DNA from: Eledone cirrhosa | Taxonomy: Eukaryota | DNA length: 64,000 nt | Assembly: GCA_964016885.1 (NCBI GenBank) | Contig: OZ024742.1 | Span: forward strand, 344,348,001 to 344,412,000 | Direction: 5' to 3' | Shown: positions 28,286 through 40,860 of the stretch, piece after piece | Numbering within the stretch: position 1 is the stretch's first letter | How the letters are laid out: each line of letters begins with the position of its first letter | Translations under genes and position numbers: made by a program | The notes under the pieces: generated by a model | The model's database searches: none | What the model was told of the DNA's origin: nothing | The model's input: only the letters and a program-made list of their open reading frames with translations

Positions 28286-28503
28286 GTAAGTATGTATGTA
28301 TGCGTACATACATATATGTATACAGACGTACAGTAGCAAGTATATATATACATACAGGCACACATATATATATGCACGTATCAGTTTACCGAACATTTAT
28401 TATAATGCTCGGTTTGTTCGTTTGTAAACAAACAAACAGCCTGAATTACGCCGTACAGTGTTTAGGCAACCACGTCACCTTTTTGTTCAACACTGACACA
28501 GGA

Positions 28504-28546
28504 ACGATGTACTAGTTTCAAGCTTATTAGCTATCGTCAGCACCGT
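28504..28546 (-). ncRNA. Minimal type I hammerhead ribozyme, intact
   Basis: acggtg CTGACGA tagc taataa gctt GAAA ctag TA catcgt; stem III is the palindrome ACTAGT. Confidence 0.88.
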
Positions 28547-29194
28547 ATACCTTTCTGCCAGATGGTTGAACGTCCGAAAGTATATACTTTCCTTATGAAA
28601 ATTAACCGCTGAGCAGCCTAATTTGCATATCGAGTGAGTTCAGTCGGCCAGGCGCACCGAAAACGATAAATGGAATAGAATGAAACGAAATTTCATTTCT
28701 CACTCTTAGTACGGCACTTACTTAAATGTAAGTATGCATGTATACGTACATACATATATGTATACAGACGTACAGTAGCATGTATATATATACATACAGG
28801 CACACATATATATGCAAGTATCAGTTTACCGAACATTTATTATAATGCTCGGTTTGTTCGTTTGTAAACAAACAAACAGCCTGAATTACGCCGTACAGTG
28901 TTTAGGCAACCACGTCACCTTTTTGTTCAACACTGACACAGGAACGATGTACTAGTTTCAAACGGAGAAACCGAGCATTATAATAAATGTTCGGTAAACT
29001 GATACGTGCATATATATATGTGTGCCTGTATGTATATATATACATGCTACTGTACGTCTGTATACATATATGTATGTACGTATACATACATACTTACATT
29101 TAAGTAAGTGCCGTACTAAGAGTGAGAAATGAAATTTCGTTTCATTCTATTCCATTTATCGTTTTCGGTGCGCCTGGCCGACTGAACTCACTCG

Positions 29195-29244
29195 ATATGC
29201 AAATTAGGCTGCTCAGCCGTTAATTTTCATAAGGAAAGTATATA
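29195..29244 (+). promoter_or_regulatory. Candidate octamer plus TATA promoter of family C
   Basis: ATATGCAAAT-N30-AAAGTATATA, 40 nt upstream of CTGACGA. Mirrored at 28581-28630. Confidence 0.5.
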
Positions 29245-29596
29245 CTTTCGGACGTTCAACCATCTGGCAGAATGGTATACGGTGCTGACGATAGCTAATA
29301 AGCTTGAAACTAGTTGATCGTTCCTGTGTCAGTGTTGAACAAAAAGGTGACGTGGTTGCCTAAACATTGTACGGGGTAATTCAGGCTTTGTTTGTTTACA
29401 AACGAACAAACCGAGCATTATAATAAATGTTCGGTAAACTGATACATGCATATATATATGTGTGCCTGTATGTATATATATACATGCTACTGTACGTCTG
29501 TATACAGATATGTATGTACGTATACATACATACTTACATTTAAGTAAGTGCCGTACTAAGAGTGAGAAATGAAATTTCGTTTCATTCTATTCCATT

Positions 29597-29633
<37 letters not shown>

Positions 29634-29889
29634 TTGTGTGTCTGTGTGTGTATATGTATATATATATATATATATATCGAATATATATATGTATATATAT
29701 GTATGTATATATATATATATATATACATATTAAATGAATGTATATTATATATATATTTTTATGAAAGGATTCAGGACCCCGACGGCTGAGCTCCGGCCGT
29801 TTCAACAGCTAGATCTACCCACACTACTACCCCAAGTATTGATTACTCTGGTGGGTTATGGTTCCCCTCGTATCTTACTACACCCTCTC

Positions 29890-29929
<40 letters not shown>

Positions 29930-30140
29930 AAACGAAAAATCAGTGATGCATCTGGACTCAATTTATTGTGTGTTACAATTGTTTCGCCGGCGGACAGCTC
30001 GAGACACGATTATTGTATGGATCTGTCTAACTCTGGAACTGCAGGTTCGACGGACACTGGCAATCATTCCGGTTAAAATTTTCTCACTGGTGTGTTAGCG
30101 TCAAAAATATACACATATACATACATACACACACACACAT

Positions 30141-30237
<97 letters not shown>

Positions 30238-30719
30238 TGTGTGGGTGTGTGTGTGGGTGTGTGTGTATGTATGTATCTGTGTGTGTGTGCGTTTGTGTCT
30301 GTGAACGTATGTGTATATGTGTTATATGCACATGAGAATATTCAGTGTTTGCGTGCGTATGTTTGTGTGTTTTCATGTGTCTATGTATGAGTATGTTTGT
30401 GTGTGTTCATGTGTGTTTATGTGTCTGTGTGTGTGTGTGTGAAAGTGTTTATGTGTGTGTACGCCTATTCCGACACTTGAAAATTTGACAAGTTATTTGT
30501 CTTTATGATTAATAGTTTTGACAATATTTTAAAGGCAACAAACTGCCAATCCACATGAAATAGTCATCAAATCTTTGAGATTCTTCACAATCACATCGTC
30601 CTTATACGTCTCATGTTTTAGATTTAATTTCCGTTAATATATCAAACAAGATGCCTTTTTCCTGTAATTATTTTTTACAATATCCCATCATTCATTAAAC
30701 ATTTCAATCATTTTTTTGG

Positions 30720-30880
30720 TTTTTATTTTATATCGTTGTTATTACTATTTTCTTAGTCTCTGTTATAAATTTTATTTTACACAAAACTAACACCCATACT
30801 GTATCGTCCTGAACCGTATTTAATGTTTCCTTAATGTGAGCCCTGTGTGGCTAATAAAGAAATTATTATTGTTATTATTC
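30720..30880 (+). mobile_element. Tx1-like LINE 3' UTR remnant
   Basis: ccctgtgtggctaataaagaaattattatt matches the tails at 57368 and 63076. Confidence 0.7.
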
Positions 30881-32373
30881 TTTGAGTCTCAGTCATTGAT
30901 GTTATTTAACTGGAAAGTTTGTTCAAATGAATATCAAGCCGCTACCTGCAGCCTCAGATATTCAGGACATATTGGAGCGTTCTTGCTGTTCCCAGCAAGC
31001 ATATCTTTTGAAGTGTTCCAAAAAAGGGGGATGGACTAATGTTCTTTAGCCATCCTTGAAAACTCTTTGATATAGTACCTAGTGCTCCTATGACAATCGA
31101 GACGACCTTGATCTCATGAGAGTCCCAAATCCTTTTTAACTCTCACTTTAAATCTTGTTATCGGTTAATTTTCTCCTCCTTTTCTTGCACCTCGTGTCAA
31201 AAGGGCGGGTTACATCTACAATAAAGCACGATCTTTTTTCCTTGTCAAAACCCACCAGGTCAGGCCTATTGTCTTCTAATTTGTTGTCTGTCTGTATCCT
31301 AAAATCCCATAGCACCTTCACTTGATCGTTTTCTATCACCGACTCTGGTATGAGCATAAGCTCATACCACTTCTGAGAATGTGGTAAATTATTTAGTTTG
31401 CATAAATGCTAGTGAATCACTTTTCCTATTATATCATACCTCCAGCCTTTATAGTGAGTCTAGGCTAGGTGTTTACACTCGGATACGATGTGAGCCACAG
31501 TCTCCTCTCTCTCGCCACAGATCCTACACAGTGAGCTAGCCTCCTCCTTGTCAATATGGTGTTTCATCCACTTCGTTCTGTGGGTTTGCTCTTGTGCAGC
31601 CATCAGCATTCCTTCTGTAGCTTTTTAAAGGTCTCTTCTTTTTAACCAGCTCCATATCTGTGGATCTATGAATTCCGTTTTCTTAAAGAAGGTGCTATGA
31701 AAGGATCTTTCATATAGGTTGCTCTTCCTCTTTGTTGTTATTTCCTCCTTGGACATCCCTTGGTCTATTGTCTTCTCCTTCAGTACAATTTTGAGCATTG
31801 GCTCCCTACTCTCAGATACATATTTGTGCAGACTGCTTTTCTTCATCTGAACACAGTCCTCTATGCTGATAAGGCATCTATCAACATCACTCCTCTTGTG
31901 GAACATGTTGTAGGTAGTCATTAGCTTCCTAGTCTTTCTATCCATTTCTTTTTGTTCAGTAACATTCTTTTTCAGAATTCCAGCACTGTACCTAATAATA
32001 GACACAGCTCGGGAATTTATTGCACTTATGACATTCCTACTAGTTAGGTGTGATTTTAGTATGCTCCTTACTCTTCTTATGTATTCAGATTTTATCAATT
32101 CCTTCATTTTATTGTTCTTGATGTCATCTGACCCCAGAACACCCAAATGTTCGTATCCCCCTTCAGTGTCGATTTTGTTTATCATCTCACCTGTTGGTAC
32201 CTAGATTCCGTTGTCTCAATTGTCTCAATTTACCCCTCTTCATCACCAAAACTCCATACTTTATAACAACAAATTCCATACATACAGTATATCATTGCTG
32301 AAAATACGGAAAGTGTTAACAAGTACATCCAACTTCTTCTCACTCTTCCCAAGGAGTTTTAGATCATCCACGA
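30880..32373 (-). mobile_element. 5'-truncated, decayed R4/Dong-like LINE (same family as 19291-22635)
   Basis: Same 3' UTR ctttgagtctcagtcattgatg. ORFs 31148-31357 and 31625-32185 align with 19368-20543. Confidence 0.9.
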
Positions 32374-33190
32374 AGGGCCTTTCTGCAGCTCGTCTCTTTG
32401 ATTGAGCTGCAGATCTGGGTCAAGAAGAGACCGACACTGGGTGACTGGCATTTGGAATGGTGCCAGGCATTCACTGCCCTCTATTAGGCGGGCAATGCGG
32501 TCAGTGGAACTTCCACTCTCGAGTTCTATAGAGGATTAGTGGTGGGAGAGTGCGAAGATGCACTCGGATATGCTCTGGGCGTCGACGGAGTCGAACTGAC
32601 CAGTCTGTTCCGAAGGACTTTCGAGCTGGGGAGGATGGATAACTTCCAGAAATCCCTCGCTTGGCAGTGCTACTGGGGGGGGGGGCACTGCCGGTTAGAG
32701 ATAAACTCTACAGGCACGGAAATGCTGTCAGACGGACCTGCCCGAGATGCGCGCAGAGCAACGAAACTGTTCTGCACGGACTCGTCCAGGGATCGTGCAT
32801 TACTGAGTTGTGGAGTTATCTCGAACAGCTGTTGTCGCGTGTAGAACGAATTCGGCTATTAGCCGAGTCCATAGTGAAGATCGATCCGCCGTCTTCCTTT
32901 GGTCAAGACGGGCAGGCAATATTCCTCTGTCTGGTGGCAGTAGCGAAAGAGGTTATATGGTGGACCAGGTTGAAAAGACTGAAGACAGACACTTTTCTTT
33001 TCGGCCAATCGCTCATCTCATTCTTCAAGTTTCACCTGGAAGATGAGGGTGGAAAGAGAAGTACTGCTTCCCAGTACATTTTCTAAAAGGTGGATGAATG
33101 TGGCGAGAATAGCCCGCGTGAGTGGGCCTACTCTGACCATGCGCCTGTAGGCTGGTTAATTTGAAGAGGAGAGGGGTGCCCTCCCCGGAT
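32374..33190 (+). mobile_element. Tx1-like LINE ORF2 3' fragment
   Basis: MDNFQKSLAWQCY, LPVRDKL..CPRC..ETVLH; close to 51417-52040. Confidence 0.9.
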
Positions 33191-33382
33191 CAGCTGAAAA
33201 TTTCATAGGCTGACTATAAATGAGAGATGCTTGAGCTCTAAAATCTTGTATGTATTAATGCATTAATTTCAATTCTTCTTATTCATAACTACATTGTTTC
33301 TTTCCAGGAACTATGTTGAAAAATAAACTTCATTTGGTCATTCTATGAGAGTCTCTTGTTAAGCCTATGAACTTTTCAGCTG
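33190..33382. mobile_element. Mariner-type MITE with clipped TIRs
   Basis: cagctgaaaatttcataggct...agcctatgaacttttcagctg; internal similarity to 33507-33708. Confidence 0.7.
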
Positions 33383-33493
33383 GATCATTTGGAGACAGTT
33401 GCTTCTGACAGGATCCACTGGAAGGAGTGTTTGAGGATTCTGCCCGCCCCCCGACCCTTACTGGAATAAGTGGGCGAAGAAGAAGAAAAAAAG
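33383..33493 (+). mobile_element. Probable RTE-like LINE 3' tip
   Basis: DHLETVASDRIHWKE-type C-terminal peptide followed by a (GAA)n tail. Confidence 0.45.
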
Positions 33494-33506
33494 ATATATA
33501 AATACA

Positions 33507-33708
33507 CACGAGGGTAGGCTGAGAAGTTCATAGCCTGATTATGATGGAGTGATGCTAGAGTAGTGAAATCTTGCATGCATTAATTTCAACTCATCTTATT
33601 TTTAATTATATTGCTTCTTTCCAGGGACTATGTTGAACAATAAATCTCATTTAGTCATTCCATGAGGTTCTCTTGGTCAGCCTATAAACTTTTCAACCGA
33701 CCATCGTA
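33507..33708. mobile_element. Mariner-type MITE, ~200 bp
   Basis: Imperfect ~30 bp TIRs acgagggtaggctgagaagttcatagcctga / tcagcctataaacttttcaaccgaccatcgt, followed by TA. Confidence 0.75.
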
Positions 33709-33724
33709 TGCATGCATCTAGAAA

Positions 33725-34120
33725 GACGGTGGATTGGCATAATCAGTACAGCGTCGGACAAATGCTTTCTGGTATTTGGTAGGGTTCTTTGTGCTCTAAG
33801 TTCAATTCCCGTTGAGGTCAACTTTGCCTATCATTTTCCTGGGGCTGCTAAAATGAACTAGTAATGTACTAGGGTCGATTTAATCGACTTTCCACACTCC
33901 CAAATGACCCATTTAATGCCTAAGTTAGAAATCTTTATATGTATTCGATTATAGTCTATTTCATGAAGGCATGTGTCTATGAAGGCGTATGACTTAGTGG
34001 TTAGAGCATTGGGCTTGCAATCAAAAGGTTGTGAGTTCAACTCTCGGACCGGGTGATGTGTTGTTTCCTTGAGCAAGACACTTTATTTCACGTTGCTCCA
34101 GTTTATTCACGTGTAGAAAT
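33725..34120 (+). mobile_element. Two adjacent SINEs (Meta-like 33725-33935, CORE-like 33982-34120)
   Basis: Each has tRNA-like A and B boxes followed by its family central domain. Confidence 0.7.
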
Positions 34121-34750
34121 GATATGATAGGACTCGGGTCCCTATCATTAAATTACCCAAGTCACCTCCAACGAGATATACCTCGGAGGAGGCCAGCTAA
34201 ACCTACATAGGTGTGAGCTGTCACACATACATGTGTCTTAGGGGTTAGTGAGTTCAGGTGACGATTTCATTGGTTTGATTCCCAGCGTTGTGTTATGTTT
34301 TCGAGTAAAATACTTTATTCTACGTAGCTCCAAACCCCTCAGTCGAAAAAAAAAATCACTCCCATACAATTGAGAGGACCAGCCTTGTCACACAGGGCCC
34401 ACGCTATATATATAACTTCCTGTCTCATGATCTTGTGATAAACAGGCGAAACCACGGAGTAACAAGACTCACTTTTTAGCTTTAATATAAGTGAATATTA
34501 AAACTCTACTTCGGTATTGAGTTCTCCTTTTTCCTAGCGGTCAACCACATACGGATATTTATATATGTCAATACTCATCTTCTATTTCCTAGAGGGTTCT
34601 AAACCCCATTATCAGGCTAAAATTTCTTTAGTAAAAAGAAACGGCGAAAGCTTTTATTTCTAATTTTATACTCACTCACTGTTTCAAAATAAACTTACTT
34701 GTGTGTATATATATATACACATACACACACACACACACACACACTCATAT

Positions 34751-34805
<55 letters not shown>

Positions 34806-35061
34806 TTATTTTATCATGAGTTAAGGCTCTATTGATTTTTCCCTAGATTTCACTAAATTCTGTGGATGAATCTATATCCTGATTCTCTTTGAGTTGAGTT
34901 TGAATTATTTTTCCCACATCTTACGTTAACTATTTTTCCCATTTTGACGCTATAGTCACTTATATATTATGGAATATTGTTGGCTTTTGGCTACAATATT
35001 TTCTATACCTTTCATTTATATATTTACTATACCTTTCATTTATATATTTACTATACCTTTC

Positions 35062-35128
<67 letters not shown>

Positions 35129-35297
35129 AGGAATTCCAACTTTGTCTGATTTACTCGTTTTATTTACAATCCTTTAAAATTTATAATGGTATTATAATGA
35201 AATAGTAAGATAGAATATTAAATGTTAAGTGTTAATTGAATTTGCAAAGTTGAATTTGCAAGTTGAAAATTGCAAACTTGACTGTCACCACACATTA

Positions 35298-35336
35298 TGA
35301 ACCTGAAGATTGCGAAAGCATGAAAGTACTTGTTCA
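35298..35336 (+). ncRNA. Minimal type I hammerhead ribozyme
   Basis: tgaac CTGAAGA ttgc gaaa gcat GAAA gtac TT gttca; palindrome AGTACT. An inverted copy of the downstream sequence lies at 35209-35240. Confidence 0.8.
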
Positions 35337-35731
35337 ATTAACACTTAACATTTAATATTCTATCATACTATTCTATCATACTATTTCTATCATAATATTC
35401 TATCATACTATTTCGGCGGGCAGGAAGAGCGAAGCGAAACGCAAAAATCAGAAATGATACTGGCAAAGTGCTCAATAGTTAAAAACAAGAGCTAAACAAT
35501 GTGTTAAGAAGCCATACAAAACTGAAAAGGTGGTCAAGAAGACATTAACTACCCAAGCCAAAAACCAAATCAATCTAAACAGGTCAAAACAAAATAAATG
35601 ATAAAATATATATATATATTTATTAAAATAACAGATTTTAATAAATATTTGCTCTACGGTTCTTATATATTTGATATATATTTATCCTTATCGAGCTGTC
35701 TTTGGATTTTAGTCTTCAAATTTATTATTAT

Positions 35732-35807
<76 letters not shown>

Positions 35808-36013
35808 GTGTGTGTCTGTGTGTGTATATATATATATGTGTGTGTGTCAATGAAAAGAGGAGGCCAGACTCCAATATTTTTCTTTAATGTTTCACAAAAA
35901 CACAATACTTATTCCTATGGCCATTGGCTTACACTTCATTATATCATGACGCAAGCCATCTGGCGTTTCTACCTATTAGTTATACAACAATAGTATATAT
36001 ATATATATATATA

Positions 36014-36161
36014 CTAGCAGAATGGCCCGGCTTTGCTCGGGATTTGCTCCAGGGTTCTTATATATTTGGTATATATTTATCCTTATCGAGCCTCGTGAAA
36101 TAAATACGTTTGTTTATATTTTGTTATTGTGTATGCAAAAATATCTGTACACGAATATATA

Positions 36162-36251
<90 letters not shown>

Positions 36252-36370
36252 TAATAGATTAAAGTTTAAGCAAAGAATCGCTGCTTTCACCCTTAACGGG
36301 ATCTTCTGAAACTAGAACAAAATCAATCTGTGAACGCAGAAGTAAATATTTTGAAAAGCGTTACACACCC

Positions 36371-36406
<36 letters not shown>

Positions 36407-36660
36407 GTGTCATAATGTCGTAATGCAGACAGATATTATAAGGGCGCAACGTTATATCTATGTATCTATCTAAAAGGAAAGACTAAGAATTATAGAGAGA
36501 GATCGCTAAATCGCCTAATGCGGTCTCTAGGGCATTGACAATTTGCTCAAAACCCTCACAGGACCATAACTATTACATTTGTAAAATTTGAAAAAAGTCG
36601 GTTGGGTGGTTCTTCGAGTTTTAGGGAGTTAGACAGACAGACATTCTCTATTTTATATAT
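36014..36660 (-). mobile_element. Non-autonomous Helitron-like element with nested repeats
   Basis: ctagcagaatggcccggctttgctcggg at 36014. (ACAG)n..ttttatatata terminus at 36630-36660. Confidence 0.6.
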
Positions 36661-36971
36661 ATATATATATAAGTAAGTATGTATATATATGTAAGAATAT
36701 TTTCGAAATAGCGAGCGGGTTTGAAATTATTATAAATGTAAGCTATCGCCGTATTTTGACTAAATAAATTAAAGAAATTATTTAACCTGATAGTGGGATT
36801 AAGAACCCTCGGAGAAATGGAAAAAGATAAGTATTGACGTACATGGGAGTCGACTCCCATGTACGTCAATACTCATCTTTTTTCCATTTTACGATGATCA
36901 TAAATAAATATATTACCAGTATACGATGATCATAAATAAATAAATAAATATATATATATATATATGTATAT

Positions 36972-37745
36972 ATGAAAAAGTTTGTCCTCATCAGTGGCCA
37001 TCCAACCGTCGTAGGCATTTCGTCGCATTAAAGGCCATATACCTCAGGTTGGTGCGAGCAACGGCTAAAAAAAAGTCGTTGGGACACGTAAATAAGGGGG
37101 ACGCTAGGGTAAACGAACAAAATGGTTTAAGCAGCAGAAAGAGAGGAAGAAGGAAACAAGTCCCAGATTTCTATGAATATAAATTCGGTGGAATCGTGAA
37201 CGAGAGAATAAAGACAATCAAACCTGGCTGAAATGTGAGCAAGGAAGGAATTTCGCACAGGTCTAACGGGAGGAAGAAGGGGTCTGGTCTGCGAATTCGG
37301 TAAACATAAGTTCTGTGAAGTCGCAGACGAGAGAGAGAGAGAAAAAAATTCATACCGGCTTGGCCAAGTGCCCGCGAGAAAAGGAATACGGACAGGTCAA
37401 ACGGGAAGAAAGGGGAGGAGGAGAGGTAGTGACAGGGAGTGAGTGAGTGAAAGGTGAGGAAGAGGCTAACAGAGAGAGAGACTGCTAGAAAGGGTAAAGA
37501 CACAAAGAACGAAACAGACTGGTGGCAGCGGAGGAAAAAATATATGTGTAAATATGATAATAATGGAGCTGCGGCGCTGCAAATGGGTTACATATGAAAA
37601 AGTTTGTCCTTATCAGTGTCCATCCAACCGTCGTAGGCATTTCGTCGCATTAAAGGCCATATACCTCAGGTTGGTGCGAGCAACGGCTAAAAAAAAGTAG
37701 TTGGGACACGTAAATAAGGGGGACGCTAGGGTAAACGAACAAAAT
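36972..37745. repeat. ~1.25-unit tandem element, period ~622 bp, in (TA)n
   Basis: ~150 bp direct repeats at 36972-37122 and 37594-37745. Confidence 0.85.
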
Positions 37746-38914
37746 ATATATATATATATATTTATTTATGATCATCGTATACTAAACCTTTAAGGAATTA
37801 CACCAGTCAAGCCTCCTGTTATTTATATATATATGTATGTATATATTGCTCTACGGTTATATGTATGTATATATTGCTCTACGGTTCTTATATATTTGAT
37901 ATATATTTATCCTTATCGAGCCCTCTTTGAATTTTAGTCTTCAATATTATTATTATTACTATGTATGTATATATATATATGTACATATTCTCTTTAGTCA
38001 ATTGTCATATAGACACCACCATGATTGAGTAATTAATAACTTAGCTTCTCAATCATGAGATGCTGGGTTCGATCCCAAGATGGCCTTACCATTGATATAG
38101 ATGAACCTAAACAATATTTGTGAAATTGATTAAACGGACGCTGTGTTGTAGCCCTTCATCTGGATTATATCTGTAGGTTTGTTATATATTAAACCACACC
38201 GATTGGGCTTGAGAATTACATGATGTCTCACATATCTTTTGAGTGCTGAAAATAATGAATGTAATAATATTGATATTAGTTTTACAATCCACCCAGGTGC
38301 CCTTAACATCTGATTGTGTTCTGCATTTTAATATATAAACATAGGCACAGCTGATATCTTCCAGAGAAAGAGAGAAAGAAATTGAGAAAGAAACATAGAA
38401 GGATACTTGATCCTAGTACTTGACTGGTACTTTATTATTCGACCTCGAAATGATAAAAGAAGTTGATCTCGGATGTATTTGGATTCAGAACACAGAGAAC
38501 TGAAATGGACCACATAAAAACATTTTATTTGATGTTCTTACGACTCGGCCAATTCACCTCCTATAGAGTTATAATACAATTATATAAAAATTGGTTCAAG
38601 TTAGTTGATATAACCTTCTTTGAAATATTAGTATTACTATGTTGCGCGATGTCATTCATGAAAAGCCAAGAAAGCAACATTGAAACTACACAAATGTTAT
38701 GTACTAAATGTTTTCAATATTACATATTCCAGTCAACTAGAGGTAATATCACTGTAAGCTATGGCATAAATGTTGCTTCATTTCTCATTCTTGATCGATG
38801 GAATATTCAGTTATTTTACATCAATCCTTAACGTACTGTATTAGTTAAATTGACAATAGCTAGACATTCGTGAACAGTTCAAAACAACATTATGATTACA
38901 GCATTATGATTACA

Positions 38915-39855
38915 AGGGCGGTGAATTGACAGTATCAGTAGAGGGTTGGACGCCATGCTTTCTAGCATAGTTACATCCCTTTACGGTCTGAGTTCAAATC
39001 CCGTCGAGGTTAACTTTGCCTTTCATCCTTACGGGGTCGATGAAATAAAGTACCAGTAATGTACTGAGTAATTGCTCGCCTTGTGCCAAAAGTAGAAACA
39101 AATATGATTACAGCACATTAAACAGTCAAGTGGTTTTTCTAATACAGCACATTTTCGCAATGACCAGTCTACTAGTAAAGATGCTGTAAATATTTGAATT
39201 AACAAACCACATGAAAACAGATTAGCAAGATATTCTTGGAAAGTAGAAAACAGCATTATGAATGCATCATATTAAATATTCACGTTTATTCCAAAACTCC
39301 AAATTTTCACAATGACCTCAGCAACAGTAAAATCATTATACACATTTAAATTACCAAACTTGTTTTTAGATATTTCTGTTAAATCATTACAGGATGTTAA
39401 TATTGGTTACTGATTTAGGCACAAGGCCAAAAATTTTGGGGAAGGCAAAAGTCGATAAAATCGTCCCCAGTGCATTATTGGTACTTTATTTTATCGACCC
39501 CGTAAGGATAAAAGGTAAAGCTAACCTCGGCAAGATTTGAAGGCAAATCATAAAGAGCCGTAATTGGATAGCACGTATCATGGTATCCGACGCTCTACCG
39601 ATACTGCCAATCCACCTCCCTAGAAGATATAAATATTGGTTTCTGATTTAGGCAGAGGGCCAATAATGTGGGGGAGGGGAAAATCGATTGAATCGACCTC
39701 AGAGCATTACTGGTACTTTATTTTGTCGACCCTATAAGGATAAAAGGCAAATCTCACCTCGACAGAATTTGAAGTCAGATCGTAAAGGGCCTTAACTCTG
39801 TACCACAAAGCATGGTGTCCGACACTATACCGATTACTGCTAATCCACCTACCTA
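38915..39855. mobile_element. Cluster of three Meta-like SINEs
   Basis: 38915-39100(+), 39405-39622(-) and 39636-39855(-) share the ggtactttattttatcgaccc/aacctcgg core. Confidence 0.75.
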
Positions 39856-40539
39856 TGGGATATTAATTTTAAGAGTTATTAACATGTTATTCAAGATGGA
39901 AACATCACACACACCTCTTTAAATTCATGACTTTTAAAAAGAAATCATTGTTATACAGTTTGATACATTATAAGATGTCTAAGAATATTTACCAAGCTGT
40001 ATCTATATATAAAATATCTTTAACATGTAACTCCCCATATTACATTTACAACATTATATTTATGTGAACTTATTCATTTGTCTGTTTCTATGCTTAAATA
40101 ATCTATGAACGTTAAAGAAACTATTCACTTGTTGAGATATGTATTCTAATGAAAATATATATAAAGAAGCCAAAATGAAATGCCAGCCCTTAGATTCCTA
40201 AATATTGACCGGAACATACAATTCCTGGCAGATGATATGAATAAAATAGAAGTAATTCTGTTTGGAGAATAAAGATCTGAATTGGCTTGGTTTTCAATAT
40301 ACCTCTATACATACATTTAGAAATGTAGTTCAGCGAATTAATCTAGCATTAAGAATATTTGAATGGTGTATTAGGGAAGGTTGCTGTGTGTTATTCAGCA
40401 ACAAAGCATGTGACTGCACAGCTAGAAAATTGATATTTATATATATATCATTTTATTATAAGATCAAATACGCAAACTGAAGATATAGGTATATAATATG
40501 ATCAACATATCAAAAGAATATGTCCGCTTCAGATACTAT

Positions 40540-40860
40540 TCGCAATTTTCTTACTAAAATATATACAGATATCTGGCCAACTAACTGGACTGGACTGATA
40601 TTGACTATTCAACTATCATAATGTCTTTCTCCCAATAGGCTCAATGGGCTGATAACTATTTAAAGTGATATCGGTATTTTAATATAAAACCAACACCTGC
40701 TTTCTTGGCACATCTTAGCAACAGGGATGTATTCACATTCTACAATAGCAGCTATATTTAAAAATACATTATCAATGTCTTTCTCAGTTGGTAATAAATA
40801 ATATTCGCACCCTGTAATAGCTGCTGTAATATCAACACAACTTTTATCAATGATCTTTTT
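40540..40860 (-). pseudogene. Very old LINE APE-endonuclease relic (tentative)
   Basis: Broken frames give DITAAI/NIAAIVE, AGVGFIL, IMIVE and ISVY in the order expected for APE motifs. Confidence 0.3.

Larger units (their letters stand above)
28282..29597. mobile_element. Tandem and inverted array of ~440 bp ORF-less hammerhead repeat, family C
   Basis: About 1.5 units on minus (28282-28962) joined to about 1.4 units on plus (28968-29597). Hammerheads at 28504-28546 (-) and 29279-29321 (+). Confidence 0.9.
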
